IMG/VR virus record: IMGVR_UViG_3300010167_000008
Coordinates: 1-32,394 of that record
Direction: 5' to 3' (one strand)
Length of the DNA: 32,394 nt
Source of the DNA: a virus
The notes beneath the pieces were generated by a model. It saw only the letters and a program-made list of their open reading frames with translations, was not told where the DNA came from and searched no databases. Position numbers and translations under genes: made by a program. Of this stretch, positions 21,743-31,351 are shown in pieces. The first letter of the stretch is position 1. Each line of letters starts with the position of its first letter.

Positions 21743-24675
21743 ATCGTAATGTGTTTTTCCATTAAGTCAATACCTTTTTCAAATTCCGTAAACTCGCGAT
21801 AATCCATTAGTAGCGTTATTTTTGACGCTGCGTCTTCAAACACTTCTCCGAGTGCCTCGTAATCTATTCCCCTGCCAAAGTTACCATTTTCAATCGCGCT
21901 CCATAATTCCCTCTGTTGCCCCTTATTCATCACTATTTCTCCCGTGCTGAGCCTTGCGTTTATCTGGTCGGAATATGAGTTACCTTGAACAATACCACCG
22001 CCCGCGAATTTGGGGCTTTTTGGCGGTTCTTTCAATACATTGTACGCTCCAACGATGGCGGCGGCAACCGCTCCAACACCCGTCGCAATGGCAACAAGAT
22101 TTAACGGGAACATCTGACCCGCCCCCGCTGCAATGGCTTCTGAAATTCCGACCGCAAGGTTGGCTCCGATTTGGAACAGCGCAAGGGCTTTCGTGAACCC
22201 CGCCATCGTTTCATTATCCTCCGCCAAAGTGGATATCATGTCTTTAAGTGCGCCCGTAATAGAACCCATTGCGGCGATGTTTGTTTGCGCCGTTTTTCGT
22301 ATGGTCTCAGCCACTTTCTTTTCCCCCTCTATAACTTCTCTTTGTGCCGCAAGTTTCGCCGCCTGATACGCTGCATCGCTTTGAAATAACGCCGCTTTTG
22401 TCTCTGCATCGAGGTTAATTAGAAAATCAGCCCGTTGTTGCGCTGATTCCTGCTCTATTATCGCGGTCTGCACCTCATCGTCCATAAACAACTGTAATCG
22501 CTCCTCGTAACCGTTGGCAACGGCGAGCGTTTGTGCTTCAATTCGGTTACGGATTTCCTGATTTAACACCTCCGTCTCCTGCATTGCGTACTTCTGCGAT
22601 ATGGCGTTCAATTCAATAATCGAATTCTGCCATATAGAGAACTCCTCCGCGCTTCCTGCTTTCACGCCTTGCAACCTTGCGTCGAGTGTCTTTTGATATT
22701 CATGCAGTTCTTCCGTGCGCAAGGATTCAATCATTTTCAACCGCAAATCTCTCTCCTCCGCGCTGCCTTTGGCGGCAACTTCGAGCAACAACTGTATCCG
22801 CTTTTGTTCTTGCGTTACCTGCTTTTGAAAGGCTTCCTCGCTATATTTTACCTTTATGTCAATTATACTCTGCTCGCTGCCTTTTTGCATGGCTTCGATT
22901 GTGGCTTGAATGCTCGCCCGTGCCTCCTTTGTCAAGGTTTTTTCTTTGTCGAGCCTCTTTTGCAGGTCTTCAATCTTGCGGCGTGTGGCAACCTTTTCCG
23001 CCTCTATATCTCGCTCCTCCCCCGCCTTGCGTAACTTGAGCAATTCATCCTCAAGGTTACGGGCTGCGTCGAGCGTTTCTTTGATACGTTTGGCACGTTC
23101 ATCGGCGGCTTGCTTTCCCGCGTCCTTTTGCGCCTTGACAGCGGCGTCTGCGATGTCTTGCAACTTTTGTTCGGCGGTTTTTACCTCCGTTGTAATCTCG
23201 ACCCCGATTTGCACTTGCGCCTCAAACCCTTCAATCTGCTCTTTCAATTCCTTCAATTCCTTGTCAATCTTTTTGCGGCGGCGGCGTCCCGCGTCTTCTC
23301 GTTCCTTTTCAATAGCACGCTCTTTATCTTGTGCCTTTTGTAGTAATAACTCGTTGTTTTTCAGGTTTTTAACCTCGTTTTCGTGTTCGCTCTCGCGTTG
23401 CTTTGCCGATGCCAACCTTGCATCCGCCAACTCCTGCTCCGCTTTCTGAATGTCTTTGGTTGCTTCGCCCCGCGCTTTCATGCGGTCGATGTCCCGTTGT
23501 TGCGCCTCAAAGACTTCGTCTTGTGCCTTTTTCTGACGCTCCATAATGCGAATATTTTCGCGCAATTCTTCATTATAATCGGCTTGCGCACTTTTCGCCT
23601 CTTTGCTACTACCTATTAACATCGCGATCCCTGCTGTCAATGCAATTAACGCGGTTAATATCAATATTGCGGGGTTGGCTGACAACGCTGCATTCAGCAA
23701 CCACGTTGCCGCCGCCGCGAGTTTGGTTACGACCGTTCCTGTTCCCATGACTGTCGCCTTTGCCGCCTCCGCTTTCGTTTGCGCCACCGTTTGCGATAAA
23801 CCTATCTTGTCGAGCAAGTTTTTAGAGGCTTGAAAAACGAGGCTCTTCTGATTGAGCATGATATTAACTTGTTGAACGGTGGAAAGTGCCACCATTGCAA
23901 TCTGAAGTTTCTGCATTAACTCAGCCGCCCGCTCGTTGTCTATGTTCAACGAGTTCAGCGTGTTCTGAAATAACATCATGGAGGTATTAACCCCCTGCAT
24001 TGCACCTTGTAACGCTCCGATATTTGTACTCGATTTTGCACTTGCATCAAGTTCGGCATTTAAGGAGTTGATTTGTCTTTTTACTTCACCCGCCTCTTTT
24101 GCAATCTGTCGATATTCCTCGCTGTTCTTTCCCCCCGCTTGCGCTAACACGTCCATTTCGTTCTTTAATTCCTTGAGTGTGGTTTTAAGGGTTTTATTGC
24201 CGACCTCATAGTTACCAACTTGTCGGGTGTACACGCCGAAAGATTTTTCGGTTTCGAGAACCTTTGAATTCAGTTCTGCCAACGTCTTGAGCATTTCCTT
24301 TCCACCCGTACTTTGACGCTGTTCTTCGCTCAAGGCTGCATATTGCTGTTTCAAGTTCCCAATCGCCGCCCGTTGTTCGTTGAGCGAACTGCCATAACTG
24401 AGCGTGTCCTTGTTCAGCGTGTTCAAGGTTTGCACGGCGGTCTTCTGCTCCGCTTGTAACATCTTGAGTTCGCTCTTGTTGTCCGCTATTTTGGCGGTGT
24501 TCTGCGCAATCTGTTCGGCATTTGCCTTGTAATTATCCGACAGACTTTTGTTTGCTGCTTCAAGTTGCGCCGTTTCATTCTTATTGTCTTGAATGACTTT
24601 GACAAGGTTCTGCAACTTTGTCATCGTGTCGGTTTCGTTTATTTCAACGTCTATAATTACTGTCGTGTTTGCCAT
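21739..24675 (-). CDS. Tail tape measure protein (978 aa)
   Basis: Largest ORF; extended Ala/Gln/Glu/Lys-rich helical sequence; central hydrophobic segments (AAAATWLLNAALSANPAILILTALIALTAGIAMLIG) and a second near the C-terminus (LAVGISEAIAAGAGQMFPLNLVAIATGVGAVAAAIVGA). Confidence 0.8.
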   Translation of the reverse strand: MANTTVIIDVEINETDTMTKLQNLVKVIQDNKNETAQLEAANKSLSDNYKANAEQIAQNTAKIADNKSELKMLQAEQKTAVQTLNTLNKDTLSYGSSLNEQRAAIGNLKQQYAALSEEQRQSTGGKEMLKTLAELNSKVLETEKSFGVYTRQVGNYEVGNKTLKTTLKELKNEMDVLAQAGGKNSEEYRQIAKEAGEVKRQINSLNAELDASAKSSTNIGALQGAMQGVNTSMMLFQNTLNSLNIDNERAAELMQKLQIAMVALSTVQQVNIMLNQKSLVFQASKNLLDKIGLSQTVAQTKAEAAKATVMGTGTVVTKLAAAATWLLNAALSANPAILILTALIALTAGIAMLIGSSKEAKSAQADYNEELRENIRIMERQKKAQDEVFEAQQRDIDRMKARGEATKDIQKAEQELADARLASAKQRESEHENEVKNLKNNELLLQKAQDKERAIEKEREDAGRRRRKKIDKELKELKEQIEGFEAQVQIGVEITTEVKTAEQKLQDIADAAVKAQKDAGKQAADERAKRIKETLDAARNLEDELLKLRKAGEERDIEAEKVATRRKIEDLQKRLDKEKTLTKEARASIQATIEAMQKGSEQSIIDIKVKYSEEAFQKQVTQEQKRIQLLLEVAAKGSAEERDLRLKMIESLRTEELHEYQKTLDARLQGVKAGSAEEFSIWQNSIIELNAISQKYAMQETEVLNQEIRNRIEAQTLAVANGYEERLQLFMDDEVQTAIIEQESAQQRADFLINLDAETKAALFQSDAAYQAAKLAAQREVIEGEKKVAETIRKTAQTNIAAMGSITGALKDMISTLAEDNETMAGFTKALALFQIGANLAVGISEAIAAGAGQMFPLNLVAIATGVGAVAAAIVGAYNVLKEPPKSPKFAGGGIVQGNSYSDQINARLSTGEIVMNKGQQRELWSAIENGNFGRGIDYEALGEVFEDAASKITLLMDYREFTEFEKGIDLMEKHITI

Positions 24676-24677
24676 AA

Positions 24678-25193
24678 TTAGTGAATTGTCAGTGTTTTAA
24701 CAACGTTATCGAGTATAACTTTCTCTATTTCTCTGACCGCGTCAGGCACAACGTTTGAATATATGTCGTTGCGCGGGTTTCGGTGTCTGTCCGTTCCTTT
24801 TTCTGCGATATTGTGCGCAATGGCTCCCGCCATTGCATCAAGTCCACGCTCGGCGGGGTCTTTGGGCGGAAAACGCCTTTGCATTGCTTCGCTATTCAGA
24901 TATCGCTCGGAGTATTGCAACGGCGCAACGGTTATGCCTTTGTCTTTTATCCATTGTTTGATGATAGATCGAAAACCTTGTGGCACGTCGCCCGCTTCCC
25001 TACCTATTTCCAACGTTCCAATCGGAGCCGTCCCTTCTCCCCCCGCAACCAACCGAACACCGTTGTCGTCTATTTCAATGTGAAAACTTTCGCTCGTCCG
25101 ACCGCTCGCGTTAATACCTTGCGCCTGCATATTATTTTGAATTTGCACGGCAACACCTTCGAGAACTTCTGCTACTTCGTTTTTCATACGCAA
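24678..25193 (-). CDS. Virion-module protein (171 aa), possible head-tail joining protein
   Basis: Position upstream of the tape measure; weak resemblance to HK97 gp10-like proteins by eye only. Confidence 0.4.
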   Translation of the reverse strand: MRMKNEVAEVLEGVAVQIQNNMQAQGINASGRTSESFHIEIDDNGVRLVAGGEGTAPIGTLEIGREAGDVPQGFRSIIKQWIKDKGITVAPLQYSERYLNSEAMQRRFPPKDPAERGLDAMAGAIAHNIAEKGTDRHRNPRNDIYSNVVPDAVREIEKVILDNVVKTLTIH

Positions 25194-25618
25194 ACTCCTT
25201 TCGTTTCTCGAAGTGTAATCATTAACGCCACCCCTGTCGTTGTTATGTCGAACTGTTCGTAAACCTTTTGAGTATTGTACTCGTTCACCCCGTACTTTAT
25301 AATCTCCACATCGCTCGATTTTCTGAAATTTCGTACCAACGAAATTCCGAGATTTTTCATGGAAGTTATAATTTCCTCGTTCTCGAATGCCGTGAGGTCA
25401 AATTCAGTCTTATCCACCACAAAGAGCAACCAATCGCATTCCTCGCAATAATTCCCAAAATTATTATGCCACTTGCTCTTCGGGTTACGGTATGCAACAA
25501 CACACGGAAGAACAGAAGTATCTACCTCGTTGTTTGCACGGACGAGTTCGTTATAAATAAACGGAAGACTATCGGTTTCGTTTATTATTGATTTTACTTT
25601 TTCGAGTAAGTTCGGCAT
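25184..25618 (-). CDS. Virion-module protein (144 aa), possible tail-completion/neck protein
   Basis: Size and position only. Confidence 0.4.
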   Translation of the reverse strand: MPNLLEKVKSIINETDSLPFIYNELVRANNEVDTSVLPCVVAYRNPKSKWHNNFGNYCEECDWLLFVVDKTEFDLTAFENEEIITSMKNLGISLVRNFRKSSDVEIIKYGVNEYNTQKVYEQFDITTTGVALMITLRETKGVCV

Positions 25619-26105
25619 GATGGCGTCTTTGAAATGTTTCGGTTATAAATGTGTGTTTTTTGGCGAGTAGATATTCGAGGAGCGTAATCCGTTCAGCCGC
25701 CCCGAAGTCTTGCAACCCAAAATATTGACGGGTGAAAATGAGCATTGCTTCAATAATGCTCGGTTGTAACAGCCCAGAGCTTGCAACCTGCTCGGCGGCG
25801 GTTTGCGGGACTTTGTATTGCTCATGTAATTCGTTGAAGAATTTCATGAACTTGTCAACGGCATTGCGCACGGCAACTACCTGAAAGACGGTAACACCGA
25901 TATTGCTGAGTTCAGAATGTAAAACGCGGGGCAACTTGCATTCAAGTAACTCCGCGAATTGTCCGATAGTGAGTTGGTTGAAATCAAAATGGTGGCAAAC
26001 TGTGTATTCCTTTTGAATTTGCTCTATAAACGTATTTAATTGAGCGTCTGGAACTTTGCCTTTGAATTCGTACCATTTTGTCCTATCGTTAATTTCCAAC
26101 CTCAT
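25569..26105 (-). CDS. Virion-module protein (178 aa), possible tail assembly chaperone
   Basis: ATG at 26105 (MRLEINDRTKWYEF...); the longer track ORF would overlap the upstream gene by 68 nt. Confidence 0.4.
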   Translation of the reverse strand: MRLEINDRTKWYEFKGKVPDAQLNTFIEQIQKEYTVCHHFDFNQLTIGQFAELLECKLPRVLHSELSNIGVTVFQVVAVRNAVDKFMKFFNELHEQYKVPQTAAEQVASSGLLQPSIIEAMLIFTRQYFGLQDFGAAERITLLEYLLAKKHTFITETFQRRHHAELTRKSKINNKRNR

Positions 26106-26418
26106 CGTCAAAGTAATGTTTGAGGTTATCCTTGAGCATTCCTTCCTTGATTTCATCCGTTATCGTTGCGCTATTTACACGAACGCCGCGCCAACGTATA
26201 TCAATACCATCTTTTAATTTCAAGGCGTTGTCGTGGCTTGATTTTGCGTTGTCGCTGATATGTTTTAGTAATACAATGGCTTGGTCTTGATAACAGTTGG
26301 AGCACGCCAATTCGGGAGTCCAATCTATCCCGAGTTCTTTGCTCGTGTCCATTACGAATTTCTTTTCCTCTTCCGTGATGGTGCGCTTCCGCGCTATTTT
26401 TCTAAGTTCTTCTTGCAT
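26089..26418 (-). CDS. Hypothetical virion-module protein (109 aa)
   Basis: ORF preceded by a TTATTAAC motif. Confidence 0.45.
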   Translation of the reverse strand: MQEELRKIARKRTITEEEKKFVMDTSKELGIDWTPELACSNCYQDQAIVLLKHISDNAKSSHDNALKLKDGIDIRWRGVRVNSATITDEIKEGMLKDNLKHYFDDEVGN

Positions 26419-26429
26419 TCAGTAGGTTT

Positions 26430-26978
26430 TTAAGGGTTAATAATTACATCCACTTTCGTTTCAAGTTGTGCCGTGCGAGATTTCAATGATACTAATGTGG
26501 TTTCTATTTCTGAAATCGCATTATCTATCAAATCAACAACTCCCTGAGTTACAACGCTATTCTGTAACACATTAACGGCATTTTCAACCGCCGAAACATC
26601 TGTTCTGATGTTATTAACAGCATCTTCAACCGCACGTAAATCAGTATCGAGTTGATTTGTAATATTTTGAAGAGTTACAATGCCTGACTGCATACCTGCG
26701 AAAGTAGTCATCGCGTTGGTGGTGTCGTTAATTGCACGTTGTACGTCCACGTCCATATCTTGAACGTCTTCATAGAGCATACGCTCAGCGGGCAACTCTT
26801 GTTCCGTGTCCCATGTATCAAGGCTTGACACTCCTACCTGCATTTTCTTTACAATGTCGTAAAAAAGTTGTCCGATACGTTGCGCGGTGTTGGCTTCGTA
26901 AGTTGTTTCGTTACTAACTTGCAGAGAACGTGTTAATAACGTTGAAAATGGTACGGTTGAGGGGATTTTAATGTTCAT
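26430..26978 (-). CDS. Coiled-coil fibre-like structural protein (182 aa)
   Basis: Repetitive heptad-like segment LQNITNQLDTDLRAVEDAVNNIRTDVSAVENAVNVLQNSV. Confidence 0.45.
   Translation of the reverse strand: MNIKIPSTVPFSTLLTRSLQVSNETTYEANTAQRIGQLFYDIVKKMQVGVSSLDTWDTEQELPAERMLYEDVQDMDVDVQRAINDTTNAMTTFAGMQSGIVTLQNITNQLDTDLRAVEDAVNNIRTDVSAVENAVNVLQNSVVTQGVVDLIDNAISEIETTLVSLKSRTAQLETKVDVIINP
26436..26443 (-). promoter_or_regulatory. TTATTAAC motif, 17 nt upstream of the ATG at 26418
   Basis: GTTAATAA on plus; overlaps the last codons and stop of 26430..26978. Confidence 0.35.
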
Positions 26979-26993
26979 TTGATTTCTTTTTTT

Positions 26994-27055
26994 GCTGCCA
27001 TTGTGCCGCCGAGTAACAATTAACTATTAAACAAAATAGCGGCGGCACGGACAGC
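26994..27055 (-). other. Long imperfect hairpin after the 199-aa structural gene (terminator/attenuator or RNA-stability element)
   Basis: Core 9-bp stem gtgccgccg (27003..27011) / cggcggcac (27040..27048), extended by gctg/cagc; 28-nt AT-rich loop containing GTAACAATTAAC; the T run follows on the plus side, not the minus side. Confidence 0.45.
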
Positions 27056-27061
27056 GGTTTT

Positions 27062-27661
27062 TTAAGCAGGATAAGATTTCAGCATCAACGCGTCAAACGC
27101 GGCTCGGCTTGTTTGGTAGTTAGTCATGAAGAGGTTTACTTCTGCGAACTGAGCACCTTCTTCAACTAACGTAACAATCCACGCTCCGCCCGTTGATTTG
27201 TCAATGTTATTACGGGTTTGCGTTGTACCAACGAGACCCGTTTCTGAACCAACGATAACGAAAGAACCGTCTCCTACTTTATCTTTCGTTGCCAAAACAA
27301 CCACAAATCCCTCGCGATTTTTCATGAGCGGTTCGATGATGTCTTTGGCAGTATCCGAGCCTCTTTTTGGCACGGCAAAAGAAACGGTCTTATTGTATGC
27401 AGGCATCAATCCGTCGAGGTTTGCCTCGTCCTGAGTTCCGTCATACGGATCGGTCGTTGGGTTGTAAATGGCAACCGTTTTCGCTCCCGTTTTCAGTGTT
27501 ATGTCTGAAATCATACGGGGGTTCGTTGCATCGCGAACATAGTCATCAATATCTTGTTTGTTGATAAGAATGGCGGTGTCTTCGTAACCTGCGAAAATAG
27601 GGTTTGCACAATCAAGAGCTATATTTGCCGCCACTTGGGAGGCACATTTGTTAATCGGCAT
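27062..27661 (-). CDS. Abundant virion structural protein candidate (199 aa), possibly the major tail tube protein
   Basis: Position in the head-tail module and a strong downstream hairpin; no motif recognised. Confidence 0.4.
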   Translation of the reverse strand: MPINKCASQVAANIALDCANPIFAGYEDTAILINKQDIDDYVRDATNPRMISDITLKTGAKTVAIYNPTTDPYDGTQDEANLDGLMPAYNKTVSFAVPKRGSDTAKDIIEPLMKNREGFVVVLATKDKVGDGSFVIVGSETGLVGTTQTRNNIDKSTGGAWIVTLVEEGAQFAEVNLFMTNYQTSRAAFDALMLKSYPA

Positions 27662-27665
27662 AATT

Positions 27666-27974
27666 TTAAGATTTTTTGTTAATAATTTCCTTTAATTTGT
27701 TGTTCTCTTTAACGAGTTCATCTTGTTTACGTTCAAGGTGGTTTATTTTGATTTCGAGTTCGCGTTGGTTAATTTTTAGTTGCATAATTTGAACGTTCTG
27801 TCCGTCTAAGACTTCGAGTAGTAATTTCATGCTATCTTGTTTTTTTTCAATAACTTCGAGTTCTTTTACGTCGGCTTCGGAGTTGGCAGTCCGTTTTTGT
27901 GCGCGGGCTGATATGATGTAAGTCAAGCCTCCGCCGCCAATAAATGATAGTAATGCAATAATAATTTCATTCAT
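27666..27974 (-). CDS. Membrane-anchored coiled-coil protein (102 aa) within the structural module
   Basis: N-terminal TM segment IIIALLSFIGGGGLTYIISA followed by a heptad-rich helix. Confidence 0.5.
   Translation of the reverse strand: MNEIIIALLSFIGGGGLTYIISARAQKRTANSEADVKELEVIEKKQDSMKLLLEVLDGQNVQIMQLKINQRELEIKINHLERKQDELVKENNKLKEIINKKS
27678..27685 (-). promoter_or_regulatory. TTATTAAC motif, 16 nt upstream of the ATG at 27661
   Basis: GTTAATAA on plus, within the last codons of 27666..27974. Confidence 0.35.
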
Positions 27975-27978
27975 AATA

Positions 27979-28380
27979 TTAGTAGTTGAAAAATGGTAAT
28001 ATTAACGGGAATTTCTCGTCAAGGAACTTATTCATTATATTAATCGCCGCGTTGCGACAGTCGGCTTCTTTTTGCACGTCGTACACGGGTTCGCCCTTAA
28101 TTAACTTCGGGTCGACAGCCGTGCCTGCCTGCGTCTTTTTCAGCCTTTGACTTTGCTGCCATACGGCATAAGTCCAATATCGCAACGCTTCGAGTTTTTC
28201 AATATTATCCACAAACGCTTCGGAAATCTTGAAATTGGAGCAAAAGTCCACCGTTGCCAAATCAATAACGCCCGTAAGCCGCGCAATGTCGCGAGGCATA
28301 TCGGAGCGGACGGGGACATAATAGAATTTGTCCTCGTTTATCATTTCGGCGGGTGTGATTAGTGCTGCCATTGTGTTCAA
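27979..28380 (-). CDS. Head-tail connector/adaptor candidate (133 aa)
   Basis: Immediately downstream of the major capsid gene; assigned by synteny only. Confidence 0.4.
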   Translation of the reverse strand: MNTMAALITPAEMINEDKFYYVPVRSDMPRDIARLTGVIDLATVDFCSNFKISEAFVDNIEKLEALRYWTYAVWQQSQRLKKTQAGTAVDPKLIKGEPVYDVQKEADCRNAAINIMNKFLDEKFPLILPFFNY

Positions 28381-28382
28381 GA

Positions 28383-29666
28383 TTACGGAGTTGGTGTGGT
28401 TTTAAGGATTGCAGAAGAAAGCAAGTCATGGATTTGCCCCCCGATGTTTCTTTCTTTTTGGAAGTTCTGAACGTTGTTTTCCCAAAATGGATAAGCAACT
28501 GAAATGTAATTCTTTTCCTTGACCCAATAACCGTCAGGGATAAAACAGATTGCCGCAAGATTAGGGATTTTCAAGATTACGTCCGTGATGTAAATCTCGT
28601 CAACGCCAAACTGTCCTCGCATTTCTTCAATCATACGATAGAAGGAGTCTCCTCCCGCTGCATAACGGAAGCCGCTCAAGCGGGTTAATTCTTGTTGCGT
28701 AAGGATAAGAACCTTCTTCTTATTGTTGGGGTTGCGCACCATGTCGCACATGATACGAATGTCCTGAACAGTAGATTCCGGAGTAGTAACTGTTTTAATG
28801 CTCGTGAAAGCGTCAGCAACCGTTTTCGTTCCAATCGTTTCGAAAGTAGTAATTCGGTTGTTAGTAGTGTTGATAGCATCGCCAACTAAAATCGAAGTGA
28901 TAATCGAATTGATAATCATCTTGTCGAGTTCTTGGTTGAGCCAAGATAGGAAGCGAGTCCATTCGCCTGCTTGTTCAATCTCATCGATATCTTCAAAGGC
29001 GATTTGCTGACGCTTGTAAACATACTGCGTCAAAATCTGCTTCGTAATCGCTGTGATTTGTTGAATGATTTTTTCGCCAGTGTTCGTTTTTTTCCATCCT
29101 TTTGCAAAAATTTCTACGTCAAGCATATCTTGCGTGGTGTAGTGAAATTTCGTGTAGAAAGTCTGGTGGAGCATCGCGTAAAGTGGATTGAGGTCTTCCC
29201 ATTTGTTAGAGATGGTAAAGTCCACAATCTCTTGGAAAGCCAAGCCTGTGATTCCGTTCTTAACCATTACAGCGTTAACCGCATCGGCAACGGCTTTGTT
29301 TTCGCCCACAACGGACGGGGTGCGTAGAATCGCTGCACAAATCTGATTCTTGATTTCGGGCGTGAAGCGGTCGTTCGGTTTGATAGAGTTTTGAACGAGT
29401 TTAAATTTCTCGTTCATTGCGTTGGTTAATTTGTCCGTAACCGCTTGATTTTCTGTACCGATTATATCTTTGACGATACTTTCGATTTCATCTTTCAAGT
29501 CGGTAACGTCAAACTCAACCTCAGAAGTTTCGAGGCGGTCGATTAACGCAAGGATTGCGTCCCGTGCCTCCGCGCCTTTTTCAGTAAAGGCGTTCATGAC
29601 TTTGCGGCGAATGTCTTTCAACTCTTCCGCCGCAACGTTCTTGATTTTCATTGTCTTTTTTGGCAT
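28383..29666 (-). CDS. Major capsid protein (427 aa) with an N-terminal scaffold-like (delta-type) helical region
   Basis: ATG at 29666 (MPKKTMKIKNV...), 10 nt after the protease stop; ~100 aa charged helical N-terminus; directly follows the prohead protease gene. Confidence 0.7.
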   Translation of the reverse strand: MPKKTMKIKNVAAEELKDIRRKVMNAFTEKGAEARDAILALIDRLETSEVEFDVTDLKDEIESIVKDIIGTENQAVTDKLTNAMNEKFKLVQNSIKPNDRFTPEIKNQICAAILRTPSVVGENKAVADAVNAVMVKNGITGLAFQEIVDFTISNKWEDLNPLYAMLHQTFYTKFHYTTQDMLDVEIFAKGWKKTNTGEKIIQQITAITKQILTQYVYKRQQIAFEDIDEIEQAGEWTRFLSWLNQELDKMIINSIITSILVGDAINTTNNRITTFETIGTKTVADAFTSIKTVTTPESTVQDIRIMCDMVRNPNNKKKVLILTQQELTRLSGFRYAAGGDSFYRMIEEMRGQFGVDEIYITDVILKIPNLAAICFIPDGYWVKEKNYISVAYPFWENNVQNFQKERNIGGQIHDLLSSAILKTTPTP

Positions 29667-29676
29667 GACATTTGAT

Positions 29677-30306
29677 TTAATTGAACATTGAATTGAATTT
29701 ATCGATAGGGTCTTGATTGACCTTATTCTCATAATGCAGGGCGTTTTCTACCTTTGTCTCTTGTACCTTTTCAAAAGCGTTGGCGTTGGCAGGTATGGCA
29801 ACAAGGCTCATGCTCACAATGGACATTTTCTTGATGTGAACGTGGCTGAATGAGCCGTCCGTGTTGTAGATGTAATCGTAATCGTAAGCCCAACCACTTT
29901 TTGAAAATCCTTGAATTATTCCCTCTTGCAAAAGGTTTTTTAAAGTGTCATAATGCAGGTAGGTTTTCGGAACATATACTACAAAGTAGAACCCGACACT
30001 ATTAACCTCGAACACCAACACGCGCCCGCAAAGGTGGTTAATGTCATCGCGGTGCTGAACGTCAACGGGGAGGTTTAACTTGTTTTTTACAAAATATTCC
30101 TCCACAAATTCGTCGAAACAGCCTTGCTCGAATGTTTCGCCGTTGGCATTTTTTGCGGAGTTGAATTTCGTTTCGTAACCTTTGATAATCAGTCCGTTGA
30201 GTACTGCTCCGCTTGTATCCTTTTTGTTAATGGTTGTTGCGGGAACGTTTGAAACTTCCTCGTAACTCCCGATTAGTGTGGCGTCTTGAATTTTAATCCG
30301 TTCCAT
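29677..30306 (-). CDS. Prohead protease, HK97 (S78/U35)-like (209 aa)
   Basis: Position between the portal and capsid genes; GETFEQGCFDEF, LPVDVQHRDD and GFSKSG resemble the HK97 protease His/Ser regions. Confidence 0.65.
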   Translation of the reverse strand: MERIKIQDATLIGSYEEVSNVPATTINKKDTSGAVLNGLIIKGYETKFNSAKNANGETFEQGCFDEFVEEYFVKNKLNLPVDVQHRDDINHLCGRVLVFEVNSVGFYFVVYVPKTYLHYDTLKNLLQEGIIQGFSKSGWAYDYDYIYNTDGSFSHVHIKKMSIVSMSLVAIPANANAFEKVQETKVENALHYENKVNQDPIDKFNSMFN

Positions 30307-31286
30307 TAGACAGTCGTTTGTGTGGTTAATAATGGCGCAAGTGTGCGCGTTGGCTTGTTGTATATTGTGTAATCAAGGTCGATCCCGATTGCAATACCGA
30401 AATTTATAAACGTTTGATTTAAAAGCCTTTCAAACGATTGGTATTTCATGAAGTCACCCTCGCGAAGTTCGCTGCCATTGCTGAGGCTTTTTGCCGACAG
30501 AGCGTCAATGATAGCGACCTGATTTGCAGGTACTTTCACGCGGTCGCAAATTGCAAGGATGGCGAGTTTCATCTTTTCATTTGCCTTTGTGTCAATGGCA
30601 GAAAGCGCAACCGTATGAAAGTTCATCGGGCGGTTGAATAGTAGAAACTGCTTTTGTTTGCGCAAACTTCCATAATTTTCCGAAACCTCTTTTGCAATCT
30701 GTTCACGTTGGTCAGGCTTGAGCAATTCGGTTGCTGGGTTCTGTGTTGGCTGAGTTGGCGTTGCTGCAATAAGCGCACCCATACGGGCGGAAACGGTGTT
30801 GCTCCCGTTCATGATATTGTCAATATATTGCAGGTATGGGAGGCAAAGTTGGCGGTCGCTCATTTGGTACTGCTCAAACGTTTGGCTCCGCATGACGTAA
30901 ACCTGCATTGACAGGTCAATGGCTTGAATATAGTTCCATTTGTCCTCCGACCGTGTGATGTATTGGTCGGGGCGTAACAGTTTGAAACCGAGCGCATTGT
31001 AACCGATAACAGCGTATCCGTCGCTGAAAAGTTTGTTGAGCGTCATTTTGCCGTAATGGTTAAAAAACCACTTGAACTCCGCAAGGAGCAAGGCGTCCGC
31101 ACCGCTTGTCTTTGGCATTAAAGTAACGTCATTGACAAGGTCTGTTAATAAATCGCAAATATTGATAAAAATCGCGTTTGCAAACGCAAGGCGGTTTTCC
31201 ATCCAATCCCCGAACATTGCGAAACTTGTGTTCAGGCGGGCATGAGACGGTCGAAATAGTGCAACAATATTATCTATTATTTTCAT
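30306..31286 (-). CDS. Portal protein candidate (326 aa)
   Basis: Lies between terL and the protease gene; ATG at 31286 is preferred over the GTG at 31301; its stop shares one base with the protease start. Confidence 0.6.
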   Translation of the reverse strand: MKIIDNIVALFRPSHARLNTSFAMFGDWMENRLAFANAIFINICDLLTDLVNDVTLMPKTSGADALLLAEFKWFFNHYGKMTLNKLFSDGYAVIGYNALGFKLLRPDQYITRSEDKWNYIQAIDLSMQVYVMRSQTFEQYQMSDRQLCLPYLQYIDNIMNGSNTVSARMGALIAATPTQPTQNPATELLKPDQREQIAKEVSENYGSLRKQKQFLLFNRPMNFHTVALSAIDTKANEKMKLAILAICDRVKVPANQVAIIDALSAKSLSNGSELREGDFMKYQSFERLLNQTFINFGIAIGIDLDYTIYNKPTRTLAPLLTTQTTV

Positions 31287-31351
31287 GCAGCAAATAAACA
31301 CGTTTTTCTTTACGCTCAGCGCACATCTAAAATTTTCTTTATATCAGTATG

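Noticed and set aside
25569-25618. Programmed frameshift joining 25569..26105 and 25184..25618, as in the tail assembly chaperones G/GT
   Set aside because: The downstream frame is +1 relative to the upstream frame, not -1. A -1 slip on CGAAAAAG runs straight into a stop. The downstream ORF has its own ATG at the start of the overlap. The pair is also not directly upstream of the tape measure gene.
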